IMG/VR virus record: IMGVR_UViG_3300047276_000715
Span: 1 to 62,480 of that record
From: a virus
Lineage: Duplodnaviria; Caudoviricetes
Direction: 5' to 3' (one strand)
Length of the DNA stretch: 62,480 bases
The notes beneath the pieces were generated by a model. The model ran no database searches. It was not told the origin of the DNA and saw only the letters and a program-made list of their open reading frames with translations. A program made the translations under genes and the position numbers. This document shows, in pieces, positions 53,739-62,480 of the stretch; within the stretch, counting starts at the first letter, position 1, and every line of letters starts with the position of its first letter.

Positions 53739-54739
53739 ACGCATTTAAGTTGCTAGAAAAAATGCCGCTTTCTCAAATAGTGAAAAGATGCGAAACAAGT
53801 GATGCTTACGCAGAAAGAGTAGCCTCACAACAAGATTTATACAAGTCGCCACCTGGATACATGGAATGGTTGACACAGGTAAAAATGTGCCTGTGTGCAA
53901 GCGGAAGTCTGTCTGCAATGGATTGCTATAAAAATGGCGATCTCATTGGAATTAAGATTGCAGAGCTTGCAAGGGATCTGTTCCTTAACAACGCTCCAGC
54001 GCGTTTTCTTGCAAAAGAAATGTGCGAAGCATTTATGCAGACACCATTTCCAATCCTGAATGCAGACGTGCTTGAGGTTTTGCCTTACATGCATATTATG
54101 CTTCCAAGAAATTGTGTTTTTGACCATCATGGCGACGAAGTGCTATCACTTCTCGTTAAGGCTGGTGTTCTTTATCCAGAAGCAACACTAGAAGAAATAG
54201 AGGCAGCAAGGAAGATAACGAGCAAGTATTTCCCTGGTGCAATTGAAACACCAATTGAAATCATGGGAAGCAGAGGTATAGAGGTTGCGACGATGACGGC
54301 AAGCGGTGGAAACTGCTGGCAAGAATTCATAGACGAAAAAGCAAAAAGCTGGCACAACGAAAACATAAAATATAAAGAGAAATCTGGATACGACCAAAAC
54401 CAAACTGAATTGATCATGCGAATTGCGGTCAACTCGCTTTTGGTGCATTTATACGAGCCCGAACTTATTGAAACAGATAAAAACTGTTTCTATCGCGGAG
54501 GGGGTTTTGGAGGATCAAAAGAAAAATCAGCTCTTGGCGTAACATGGATAGGGAAAGGCTTTAGGTATCTAAGAGAAAACGACTCAGGCAGGAAAAAAAC
54601 TGAAGAAACAAAGTCTTCTGTTAGGGCTCATTGGAGAAGAGGGCACTGGCACTCATACCTCGTAAATAAAGGAAGAACTGATAGAGTTGTGAAATGGGTG
54701 AAACCTGTTTATGTAAGAGGCAATTCGGCGACGCAATAG
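53735..54739 (+). CDS. Conserved hypothetical protein with HWRRGH motif
   Basis: 334 aa; C-terminal VRAHWRRGHWH...KWVKPVYV. Confidence 0.8.
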   Translation: MNAFKLLEKMPLSQIVKRCETSDAYAERVASQQDLYKSPPGYMEWLTQVKMCLCASGSLSAMDCYKNGDLIGIKIAELARDLFLNNAPARFLAKEMCEAFMQTPFPILNADVLEVLPYMHIMLPRNCVFDHHGDEVLSLLVKAGVLYPEATLEEIEAARKITSKYFPGAIETPIEIMGSRGIEVATMTASGGNCWQEFIDEKAKSWHNENIKYKEKSGYDQNQTELIMRIAVNSLLVHLYEPELIETDKNCFYRGGGFGGSKEKSALGVTWIGKGFRYLRENDSGRKKTEETKSSVRAHWRRGHWHSYLVNKGRTDRVVKWVKPVYVRGNSATQ

Positions 54740-54846
54740 ATTGCAAGTAAGTAGCAGTGGTGCCGGCCACGCAGGAATGAAAGATTTCTTAATCTTGCGG
54801 ATCTCGTGGGATCGAGTATGATCGGTTGGCACCACACTCAGGAATC

Positions 54847-55020
54847 ATGGCCAGGCTTTCGATTTCGCTTCCAGACGAGCTGCTATCTGAGCTTGAGACA
54901 AAACAATCAAAGTATCAGTCGTTTTCCGGTTTTTGCTGTTCACTTCTTGAAAAGGGTTTGAAGATCCACCAGGCGGAGCAACAGTTGCTGGAGGATCTTG
55001 GCTCACAAACCACTAAATAA
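54847..55020 (+). CDS. Ribbon-helix-helix (CopG-like) regulator
   Basis: MARLSISLPDELLSELE...SFSGF...LLEKGL. Confidence 0.75.
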   Translation: MARLSISLPDELLSELETKQSKYQSFSGFCCSLLEKGLKIHQAEQQLLEDLGSQTTK

Positions 55021-55031
55021 TCGGAGGCGAA

Positions 55032-56003
55032 ATGGCTGAGTTCAAGAGTCAGTATCCATTCGTCGCATTTCCTTCTTGGATACTTAAAAAGCAAATTGAA
55101 ACACCTGACTGGCTTTCTTCAAAGGAAATTGTCGTCTTACTTTCACTGCAAAGCTTTGCGGATGGAATGAAAGAAGATCAGGGCGTCTATCCGAGCATTG
55201 AGCGACTGTGCGCAATGACAGGAATTTGCAAGCGAACAATCATCGAGGTAATGAAAACCCTTCAGGAAAAAGGACTAATTACAAAGTCATCTCGGTACAA
55301 GGATGGCGAAAGAAAGACCAATCTCTACACACTGAAAATATGGAATTACAGCTCTCCTTTTGAAAATAACCTCGAAAACCAGGGGCTCGAAGGGGGTCCA
55401 GAGCAAGGTGCAGGATCTGCACTTAGGGGGGAGCCTAGGTGCAAAAATCGCGACCCTAAGTGCAAAAATCGACCGTTCTTAGGTGCAGGAGATGCACCTA
55501 AACAAGAACCATTGAACAAGAACCAAGAAGAAGAACCAGAAGGCGCCAGGTCGGCCATCCGGCCCACCCTGCCTCCCTTGGGTTGTAAAAATAAAAATAA
55601 GAAATTAGATCCAAAAATTTTGCCTGAGCTTCCAGTGTATGCAGAGCCGTATCGCGGCTACCTTCAAGACTGGTGGACCTGCAGGTATCTTGTCCATAAG
55701 CAACGAGCAACACAAGTGCTAACAAAGCAAACTGTGTCTGCTCTTGAACTTGCCAGACAGCTTGATGTGCTTAAAGAATTTTGCGAGCACGCCTCAACAA
55801 AGTCTTGGGTTTCTCTTGGATTTGCTGGTTACACTGATTACATACAAAAACTTGCTAAAGATAAAAAGTTTGTACCTGGAGGACAGAACAGTTATTTTCA
55901 ACCACGCCCTCCTGTAAACATGGAAACTCATCCTTCGTATCGCCCGCTTGCAATTGATGAAGTTAGTGAATGCGGAGGCGAAGATGGAGGCTTCTCGTTC
56001 TGA
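55032..56003 (+). CDS. Replication initiator (N-terminal HTH_36, lambda O-like architecture)
   Basis: YPSIERLCAMTGICKRTI...L.EKGLI...TNLYTL; low-complexity iteron linker; upstream of helicase. Confidence 0.85.
   Translation: MAEFKSQYPFVAFPSWILKKQIETPDWLSSKEIVVLLSLQSFADGMKEDQGVYPSIERLCAMTGICKRTIIEVMKTLQEKGLITKSSRYKDGERKTNLYTLKIWNYSSPFENNLENQGLEGGPEQGAGSALRGEPRCKNRDPKCKNRPFLGAGDAPKQEPLNKNQEEEPEGARSAIRPTLPPLGCKNKNKKLDPKILPELPVYAEPYRGYLQDWWTCRYLVHKQRATQVLTKQTVSALELARQLDVLKEFCEHASTKSWVSLGFAGYTDYIQKLAKDKKFVPGGQNSYFQPRPPVNMETHPSYRPLAIDEVSECGGEDGGFSF
55405..55500. repeat. Iterons / probable replication origin inside initiator gene
   Basis: AGGTGCAGGATCTGCACTT, AGGTGCAAAAATCG, AAGTGCAAAAATCG, AGGTGCAGGAGATGCACCT. 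Confidence 0.75.
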
Positions 56004-56163
56004 TCTTCTTGCAAAACACGTGCGTCGAATTTCCGAACTAAAAGAGGAAATCGACAACACAAGCCTAGACGACACACACCTACTTGCACTTTTAGATGAA
56101 CTCCATCTCGTCCTCTCCCTCAAGCCAGAAGAAATTTGCAAACTCAATCAAGCTATGGGATGA
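55984..56163 (+). CDS. Hypothetical protein
   Basis: GGAGG RBS; bridges initiator and helicase genes. Confidence 0.5.
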   Translation: MEASRSDLLAKHVRRISELKEEIDNTSLDDTHLLALLDELHLVLSLKPEEICKLNQAMG

Positions 56164-57517
56164 AAGCGTTTTTGAGAGAATTTATCTTGGATGGTGCCTT
56201 GCACGCCTTGACAGCAAGTTACTGCAGGAAGTTCTTGCGTTAGTTGACGAAAGCTGGTTCTTTGATGAAAATAGAAAAACCGTATACACAAGTATTGTTC
56301 ATTGCGCTCTCGAAGCAGGTGTTGAAAACGGCCTGAGGATCAAAAAAGAAAGAGTTGCTTCTATTGCGCAGGTAATGTCTGGAGAGCAATCTCCGTGGGC
56401 GGAGCGCTGCATCGAAAATTGTCTTGCAATTGAAAGAGAGACAATTCTTTCGTTTGAGGCACTTGAATCTTCTTGTATTTCTCAGTGGCGTATCGTAAAA
56501 GCAAAGCCAGCGGTCCAGGCGTTATTGCTAGAAGCAGATGCGCTGCTTACTGCAAAAGGGAATCTGGAAGAGCTTCCTGAAAAAGTTGAGGCAGTTTTGC
56601 AGGATGCTGCGGAAACCTGGAGTAACTCAATTCATCAAGTAGCCAAAAAGGGCGAGGTAACAGAATCAATCTTTGTTGATGAACTTCTGACACCAGTTGA
56701 TGAATCAATTCCCCTTGTCGCCCCTTCTTCTATTGAAGCTTTTGATTCGCAAATGCTTGGTGGTGTTGCGATTAACGCAAATACCATTTGCGGAAAGCTA
56801 GTTACAATTGCAGCCAGGCCCGGTGTTGGCAAAACAGCAACTGCTGTTTCAATTGTAAAGGGAATTTCGAGTCATGGATACAAGTCTGTGTTTTACACGC
56901 TGGAAGTTCCCAAAAGGCAGATGCTGCAAAGATTGCTTTGCATTCACGATTTCAACTATCAACTTGAAACGCAAGGCAAGCTTATCAACTGCATAAGAAT
57001 CAAGCAATTTGCAAATAGAAGTTTCTCCGGTGATCAGCTTGAAAGAATTGAAAGTTTTCGTGGGCATATCTCTAAAAACATACAAATATATGATTCGATG
57101 AGAACTATTGATCAAATTGCAGGACACCTGACAATGCTGAAAAAACGTGATCCATCGCTTGCAGTCGCCTGCATTGACCACCTTGGCCTGGTGCGATCAA
57201 GAAAGCACAAAGATCCAGTTGACGCACTTGGCGACATAACAATGACGTTAAAGGATCTATCGGTTACGCTTTCGATGGACATAATGCTTATGTGTCAGCT
57301 AAATAGAGAAACAGAAAAAAGAACAAATAAAAGACCAGTCTTGAGTGATCTAAGAGGAAGTGGTCGCATTGAAGAAGACAGTGATTGCGTTTTTGGTCTT
57401 TACAGAGATATTGACACTGGTTCTCAAGAACTTGAAATTATTGCGTTGAAAAACCGCCATAGTGGGCTTGGTACGACAAAATGTAATTTCTACCTTCAAT
57501 ACGGCACTGTTCGCTAA
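56096..57517 (+). CDS. dnaB: DnaB-like replicative helicase
   Basis: AARPGVGKT, FYTLE, IDHLGL, QLNRE, P.LSDLRGSG.IEEDSD, KNRH. Confidence 0.92.
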   Translation: MNSISSSPSSQKKFANSIKLWDESVFERIYLGWCLARLDSKLLQEVLALVDESWFFDENRKTVYTSIVHCALEAGVENGLRIKKERVASIAQVMSGEQSPWAERCIENCLAIERETILSFEALESSCISQWRIVKAKPAVQALLLEADALLTAKGNLEELPEKVEAVLQDAAETWSNSIHQVAKKGEVTESIFVDELLTPVDESIPLVAPSSIEAFDSQMLGGVAINANTICGKLVTIAARPGVGKTATAVSIVKGISSHGYKSVFYTLEVPKRQMLQRLLCIHDFNYQLETQGKLINCIRIKQFANRSFSGDQLERIESFRGHISKNIQIYDSMRTIDQIAGHLTMLKKRDPSLAVACIDHLGLVRSRKHKDPVDALGDITMTLKDLSVTLSMDIMLMCQLNRETEKRTNKRPVLSDLRGSGRIEEDSDCVFGLYRDIDTGSQELEIIALKNRHSGLGTTKCNFYLQYGTVR

Positions 57518-58143
57518 TGCATCATTCCTCTCGTGGAAATCCTTGTCCAATTTGCTTTAGAGACAAAGACGATAAATGCAGGTGGAATGATCATGCAATA
57601 CTTTGCTTTTTCGGTAGCAGCTTTCATCCACCAGAGCACCTGCATCGCGGCGATACAATTATTGTAGGCGAAGAAAAATGGAAGCTTTCTCGCCTGGATG
57701 CTGGCTTTGCTGGCAATTCATATTTGTTCGTAAGGTCGAACGAACTTCATCTTCTTTCGCCGTTGCAGCGTCAAAGAAAAATCAAAGAAGCCGTTAGACA
57801 GCAGATTGACATACGTTCTGAATTTGCGGAAATACGAAATCTTGTTTTTATTTCGATGTCAACTCCATGCTTTGAATTGTTGACATACAGCGAGTTTATT
57901 AAATATAAAAACACTACACACAAGGCGATTGATAAGTGTGAGCACCTTCTTTCGATTATCTCAATCAACAAAAGCCGTATCGTGCTTAAAAAGTTTACCG
58001 TTGTAGCCTTGCAATACTGGAGAAGAAAACTTGTTTATCATCTCAAAGATTTTTTGTTGTTTGAAATTAACTCGTATGGTGGAGTTGCCCTTACGGCACT
58101 AGCAAGTCATAATCTGGTCATGGAAAGCTCGCGCAGGCAGTAA
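57517..58143 (+). CDS. Protein with primase-type N-terminal zinc finger, no catalytic domain recognised
   Basis: SSRGNPCPIC.RDKDDKCRW....ILC. Confidence 0.65.
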   Translation: MHHSSRGNPCPICFRDKDDKCRWNDHAILCFFGSSFHPPEHLHRGDTIIVGEEKWKLSRLDAGFAGNSYLFVRSNELHLLSPLQRQRKIKEAVRQQIDIRSEFAEIRNLVFISMSTPCFELLTYSEFIKYKNTTHKAIDKCEHLLSIISINKSRIVLKKFTVVALQYWRRKLVYHLKDFLLFEINSYGGVALTALASHNLVMESSRRQ

Positions 58144-58352
58144 TGGAAGAGCAGGCGCCCCGTCCAAGAATTAGCCCAGCGCCAAACTGGACATCAATTT
58201 TTACATTGCGTGATGACCTGACTCCGCCTGGCTATGCGGAAACCGTTCTTCATATTCTTGACAATCCAAGGGTCAAGCCAAAAGACTTAAAAAAAGAAGA
58301 AGCTGCAAAAAAGAAAAAGAAAAGCAAGCTTGGAAGAAATCAAAAAGCCTAA
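58143..58352 (+). CDS. Hypothetical protein
   Basis: NWTSIF..R.DL.PPGYAETV; Lys-rich tail. Confidence 0.7.
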   Translation: MEEQAPRPRISPAPNWTSIFTLRDDLTPPGYAETVLHILDNPRVKPKDLKKEEAAKKKKKSKLGRNQKA

Positions 58353-58355
58353 GCG

Positions 58356-58652
58356 CTAAAATTCATTCCATGAATTACTTTCTTTTTTGTTTTCAAGCTC
58401 ATCAAGAGTGATAGCCTCGAAATTGATAGGTGCAACCGGAATTCTTCTTGTCAAATTTTTGTAATCTGAATTTTCTTCGGTTGCAATTCCATTTACCTGA
58501 CAGTATTTTTCATACCATTCCTGAATCATTCGCCTATCAACAAAACCCTGCATCAGTCCTGCAATAGCAGAAACGCTTTCTCCTTTTTCAAAAAGCAGGT
58601 TGACCGTTACGCGCAGAATGCGGTTAAGGCTGGTGGCTGCTCTGGTTGGCAT
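58356..58652 (-). CDS. Hypothetical HTH-like protein
   Basis: LFEKGESVSAIA.....VDRRMI.EWY. Confidence 0.6.
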   Translation of the reverse strand: MPTRAATSLNRILRVTVNLLFEKGESVSAIAGLMQGFVDRRMIQEWYEKYCQVNGIATEENSDYKNLTRRIPVAPINFEAITLDELENKKESNSWNEF

Positions 58653-58668
58653 TTTGCAGGTAAGGGGG

Positions 58669-58698
58669 TTGACGGACCGTGCAAAGCCATGCTACCTT
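58669..58698 (+). promoter_or_regulatory. Sigma70-type promoter
   Basis: TTGACG-18 nt-TACCTT with TGC extension. Confidence 0.6.
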
Positions 58699-58730
58699 GC
58701 AGGTTGTCCACTCGTCCCCGACCACAAAGC

Positions 58731-59561
58731 ATGTCTGTTTACACCAAGCTGATGACTGCACGCATCACGCTGCAGAGCATGGAGATCAAGAAGAGCGGTG
58801 AGAATAAATTTGCTAAATACTATTACTTTGAGCTTGGAGACTTTCTTCCTGCGGTACAAAAAATCTTCTACGACCTTGGCCTATGCGGCGTTGTTTCCTA
58901 TCACGAAGACAGGGCCATCCTTGCAATTTACGATTGCGAAAACCCGACCGAAGTAATTTCGTTTTACTCGCCAATGTCAAGCGCTTCACTGAAAGGCGCT
59001 CACGACATTCAAAATCTTGGCGCAGTGCAAACATATCTTCGTCGTTACCTGTGGGTTACGGCAATGGAAATCGTTGAACACGATGCCCTGGATGCCGTTC
59101 TCGGGAAAGACGGCGGATCTTCGCCCGCACGCGGTCAGAGCATCGCCCAGGGGCGCCAGGAAGCCACCTGGGGCGAGCGTCGGGAGCGTCGCCCTGTTGT
59201 GATTGCTCCAGCCGCCTCAGGGGCCGGCAGCCAGCCCGATCCCACGGTTGCTCCTGTGACCGAGCGATTGATGAACAAACTGACTGACCTTGGAATTACA
59301 AAGTATGGGATCAAAACTATTCTTGCAATTACGGAATCACAGGAGTTCGATCAAATTCCTGAAAACAAGGCAACAACACTGATGAAAGCCGTAACCGCTG
59401 TTCATGTAACGATGTTTAACCAAGGCAAAAACAGCAAGGGTGCTCAAGTTATTCCCGCGCCTGAAGTTGATAAATTGAGCGCGAAGAACTCAATCGGCGA
59501 ACTTGCCGATGCGGCTGAAGAGCTTTTTGGCGACGACGCTCCGATTGATGAAACTGCCTGA
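58731..59561 (+). CDS. ERF-family single-strand annealing protein
   Basis: KKSGENKFAKY.YFELGDFLP, IQNLGAVQTYLRRYL, EIVEHD..D. Confidence 0.9.
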   Translation: MSVYTKLMTARITLQSMEIKKSGENKFAKYYYFELGDFLPAVQKIFYDLGLCGVVSYHEDRAILAIYDCENPTEVISFYSPMSSASLKGAHDIQNLGAVQTYLRRYLWVTAMEIVEHDALDAVLGKDGGSSPARGQSIAQGRQEATWGERRERRPVVIAPAASGAGSQPDPTVAPVTERLMNKLTDLGITKYGIKTILAITESQEFDQIPENKATTLMKAVTAVHVTMFNQGKNSKGAQVIPAPEVDKLSAKNSIGELADAAEELFGDDAPIDETA

Positions 59562-59608
59562 TTCTACCTTGAATTCATCCTTTAATCTTTTCGCTCTTAG
59601 ACTCTTTT

Positions 59609-59926
59609 ATGCTTTACTCATTTAGTCGCTTCAAACTGAGAAGCTGTACTCTCAAAGAACTTCCTGTCATCTTGGCCGCTTGCTGCCAGATAGATGACAG
59701 CTCTCCCCACTTCGACAATTTGCGCCACTACTTAATCCCCGTCACTTCGGAGGAGCGCCTTGCCGAAATGATTAGCAATTTTGATTGTCAAATTGAGGAT
59801 GCTATTGTTTCTCTTAAAACTAAACGAGCTACGCTTCAGCGCAGTTCTGAAAGACGCTTTGACTATAAAATTGACTGCATAAAATCTCGCTTATTTAAGA
59901 AAGCCAATGAGCTAGAGGTGCCATGA
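59609..59926 (+). CDS. Hypothetical protein
   Basis: 105 aa ORF. Confidence 0.55.
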   Translation: MLYSFSRFKLRSCTLKELPVILAACCQIDDSSPHFDNLRHYLIPVTSEERLAEMISNFDCQIEDAIVSLKTKRATLQRSSERRFDYKIDCIKSRLFKKANELEVP

Positions 59927-59974
59927 ACTAGCAAATTTCGCACCCCTATTGAGCCCATCAACACACATCAACCA

Positions 59975-60391
59975 ATGTTTGCACTTATCAAGACCAACGG
60001 CGCCACTGAAATTGCTATTTACATTCCGGCAGAGGGAGCTGGCAAGTCGATCCCAAGTCTTGTTGGAATGTTTGAGAAGAATGCTGTTTTTCTGAACAGG
60101 GGCTGGAAAACTCTTGAAATTTCTAAGCCAAAAATCACAATTGAACTTGGCTCAAAAATAACAGAAGAAGCGTCTGATGCCGGAGAGGTTGCAATTGTCG
60201 TACCGGAAAGCAATTGCATTCTCGGCGATTCTTTTGAAATTGCAACTCCAGAAGTTTTTGTTTCAAACAAAAAAGTAGTCGACAGAAAAGATGAGGAGAT
60301 CAGCCGTCTTCGCAAGGAGCTTGATTTTGTCAAGCAACAGCTTCAAGACCTAAAAAACCAGATTACAGAGCAAGATGCTAACGAATATTGA
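59975..60391 (+). CDS. Hypothetical protein with C-terminal coiled coil
   Basis: 138 aa ORF. Confidence 0.75.
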   Translation: MFALIKTNGATEIAIYIPAEGAGKSIPSLVGMFEKNAVFLNRGWKTLEISKPKITIELGSKITEEASDAGEVAIVVPESNCILGDSFEIATPEVFVSNKKVVDRKDEEISRLRKELDFVKQQLQDLKNQITEQDANEY

Positions 60392-60560
60392 ACAAAGCGT
60401 TCAGCTTATTGGTGGTCCCGCCTGCGGGATGAAGCTCCCATCGAGCTATAAAAATTCGCATCAAATTGAGGTTCCAATTGCTTCAAACAAGATGAAGTCT
60501 GCTGTCTATCTTCGCAGTAGCGAGAATCAGTTTATTTTTAATTTTTTCAGGACTACCTAA
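60375..60560 (+). CDS. Hypothetical protein
   Basis: LIGGPACG motif; overlaps neighbours. Confidence 0.6.
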   Translation: MLTNIEQSVQLIGGPACGMKLPSSYKNSHQIEVPIASNKMKSAVYLRSSENQFIFNFFRTT

Positions 60561-60889
60561 TGGCTTTACTTTTTGAAAAAACAGGACACCTTTCTGAGCA
60601 CTGGCATCTTCGCACTATCTTGGTTGATCCTGGTGGAAACAAGTTTGAGGCTGAGTTGGTTCCGACTACCCCGCACGCAATTGAACTTTGTTTCAATGAC
60701 TCCTTGCCTGGGTATAAGTTTTTTTGCCAAAACAAGTTATTTGTAGTTGCATCACATCGAATTACGATACCAGCCGGAGGGCTGCCGTATGCAACAATTC
60801 AATGTGTAGAGCTAATCTCCTGCGCTCAAAACAAATTGAAATTCGCCATTTCTTCCGCTGATAAACAACTGGAGGCCTGTGATGTCTGA
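60560..60889 (+). CDS. Hypothetical protein
   Basis: TAATG coupling. Confidence 0.6.
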   Translation: MALLFEKTGHLSEHWHLRTILVDPGGNKFEAELVPTTPHAIELCFNDSLPGYKFFCQNKLFVVASHRITIPAGGLPYATIQCVELISCAQNKLKFAISSADKQLEACDV

Positions 60890-61061
60890 TTTATTTGTTT
60901 TTGGATTTCTTTCTGGCACTTTTCTTGTCGGCTCAATCCAGCTCTTAGTTCAGGCCTGTCAATCACGCAGAAAAAAGTATCTCATTCGCAAGGTGATTTT
61001 TGATGAACTCACTCGCCAGCTCAGACCCGGTGGGCTTCTTCATCGCGAAACTCGGCGCTGA
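60879..61061 (+). CDS. Small membrane protein
   Basis: TM helix; ends RQLRPGGLL; GGAGG RBS. Confidence 0.6.
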   Translation: MMSDLFVFGFLSGTFLVGSIQLLVQACQSRRKKYLIRKVIFDELTRQLRPGGLLHRETRR

Positions 61062-61099
61062 GGGGGCGTGATGCTTTATACGCGATAGCCAATTAACTC

Positions 61100-61128
61100 T
61101 TTACAAGCAACCGAAAACGCACTAAGCT
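61100..61128 (+). promoter_or_regulatory. Sigma70-type promoter
   Basis: TTTACA-17 nt-TAAGCT. Confidence 0.6.
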
Positions 61129-61170
61129 GAGCACTGCTCATCATCCATCACACAAACAGGAGCACTTGCC

Positions 61171-62049
61171 TTGACCGTTCAACTTACCTATCACCCAGGT
61201 CTCAGCAACGAGGATTACCACGCGATTGACGCGGTTTCCCCAAGCAAGCTGAAAGTTCTCAAAAGGAGCCCGCTTCATTATTTTGATAAGTATCTGGCGT
61301 CAGATCGTGAAAAACAAAAGCCAACCGATGCGATGAAAAAAGGCACCGCGTTGCACACGGCGGTACTGGAGCCTGAGCTGTGGGACAGCACCATCGCAGT
61401 GAAACCCGAGGATGCCCCCAACAGGCCGACCGAGAAGCAGTTGGTGCAACCGGCGAAGACCGGCACGAAGGCCCACGACGCCTGGCTTGACGCCTGCTCT
61501 CGCCGCGACTGGTGGGCAGAGTTCGACAAGAAAAGCGCCGGCAAGCTGCTGATCTCTCCTGGCGACGCCGATGAAGTTCGGCGAATGGCCGATTCCGTCA
61601 GGCGCCACCCCGCAGCCTCGTTCCTGCTTGAGATGCCCGGCAGGCGCGAGGCCTCCTACACCTGGACCGATCCGGCCACGGGCTTGCAATGCAAGACGCG
61701 ACCTGACTACCACACCGAGGATCGCCGAATTGTTGTTGATCTGAAAACAACCATCGACGCAAAGAGAAACGAGTTTTCAAGATCAATCGTAAACTACGAT
61801 TATCACGTTCAGTCTGCGTGGAATATTGACGCAATTGGTGCTGAGCAATTTATTACAATTGCAGTAGAATCTTCTCGTCCGTATTGCGTTGCTGTTTACC
61901 CGGCATCCGATGCGCTTATTGCTGCCGGTCGTCGTCGTTACGAAGAGGCGATGGAAACTCTTGCAGAGTGCATTTCGTCTGGTATCTGGCCTGGCTATGG
62001 AGATGAAATCCAAGAGGCAATTGATTTGCCGGAGTGGTGTCTTGACTGA
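61171..62049 (+). CDS. RecE-like exonuclease VIII (PD-(D/E)XK, DUF3799-like)
   Basis: SNEDYH, GTALHTAVLEP, CKTRPD, IVVDLKTT, YHVQ.A. Confidence 0.9.
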   Translation: MTVQLTYHPGLSNEDYHAIDAVSPSKLKVLKRSPLHYFDKYLASDREKQKPTDAMKKGTALHTAVLEPELWDSTIAVKPEDAPNRPTEKQLVQPAKTGTKAHDAWLDACSRRDWWAEFDKKSAGKLLISPGDADEVRRMADSVRRHPAASFLLEMPGRREASYTWTDPATGLQCKTRPDYHTEDRRIVVDLKTTIDAKRNEFSRSIVNYDYHVQSAWNIDAIGAEQFITIAVESSRPYCVAVYPASDALIAAGRRRYEEAMETLAECISSGIWPGYGDEIQEAIDLPEWCLD

Positions 62050-62480
62050 GAAGGACACACAGCTTCTAGACGAAGCATTCGATCGGTGGTGGTTCAATGA
62101 AGGCAGCGGAATGCCACCGCTGCCAGGCCAGGACCACGAAGAGCACGCCAAATCCATTGCTCGCATTGCGTGGCACAACGGTGCCTACGTCAAGCTCTAT
62201 CACACCCCACCCCCCAACCGAACCATGACAACTGACAACCCGATCACTCCGCCGCCAGAGCTGGTGGAGCAATGGATTGCCCAGATCTGGCACGAAGGCA
62301 CGCCAGTGAAAGTGGCAGCCAACGATCTGCACGTCGCCACCCAAGCCGCCCGCTGGGGCGCTGACCAGCAACTTGCAGAAGACGCAAAGTGGCTGGATCA
62401 CAATGCTCTGAATGAACCGCATTTGAGGATTACTCCAGTGGGCGAATCGCTAAAAGAAGCAATGCGTCCCAAGCCACCAA
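62042..62480 (+). CDS. Partial hypothetical protein(s), runs off window
   Basis: Open frame from TTG 62042 (FDRWWFNEGSG...) through internal ATG 62225 (NPITPPPELVEQW...AARWGADQQL). Confidence 0.65.
   Translation, partial: MTEKDTQLLDEAFDRWWFNEGSGMPPLPGQDHEEHAKSIARIAWHNGAYVKLYHTPPPNRTMTTDNPITPPPELVEQWIAQIWHEGTPVKVAANDLHVATQAARWGADQQLAEDAKWLDHNALNEPHLRITPVGESLKEAMRPKPP

Overview
Near-complete, circularly permuted genome of a long-tailed (siphovirus-type) dsDNA phage, most likely infecting a picocyanobacterium. The host call is an inference from a cyanobacterial-type AbrB regulator, an RpoD-like sigma factor and ThyX. The plus-strand arm (about 52950-62480, continuing 1-7922) carries a replication initiator with internal iterons, DnaB helicase, ERF and RecE-like recombination genes, ThyX, SSB, dNMP kinase, RusA, cyAbrB, MazG-like NTPase, two tRNAs and a sigma factor. 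The minus-strand arm carries about 35 small early ORFs driven by eight near-identical sigma70 promoter cassettes (40-52 kb), TerS, a RepL-like HTH gene beside three helically phased repeat arrays, a DNA methyltransferase, TerL, portal, scaffold, capsid, a lambda-like tail (M, L, K, I, J), lysis genes and dCTP deaminase. No integrase, CI repressor, DNA polymerase, CRISPR array or reverse transcriptase was recognised. The most notable observations are a probable -1 frameshift extending the holin-like gene, a +1 (not -1) tail-chaperone frameshift, phased repeat arrays next to RepL/TerS, promoter-stem-loop cassettes with palindromic spacers, NGU-triloop leader hairpins before the capsid and tail-tube genes, structured RNAs flanking ssb, HNH cassettes that replace the 3' end of their target gene, and a recurrent YVxxxY peptide motif in tail-tip proteins. 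All protein family calls come from motif recognition by eye; no database search or folding program was run.
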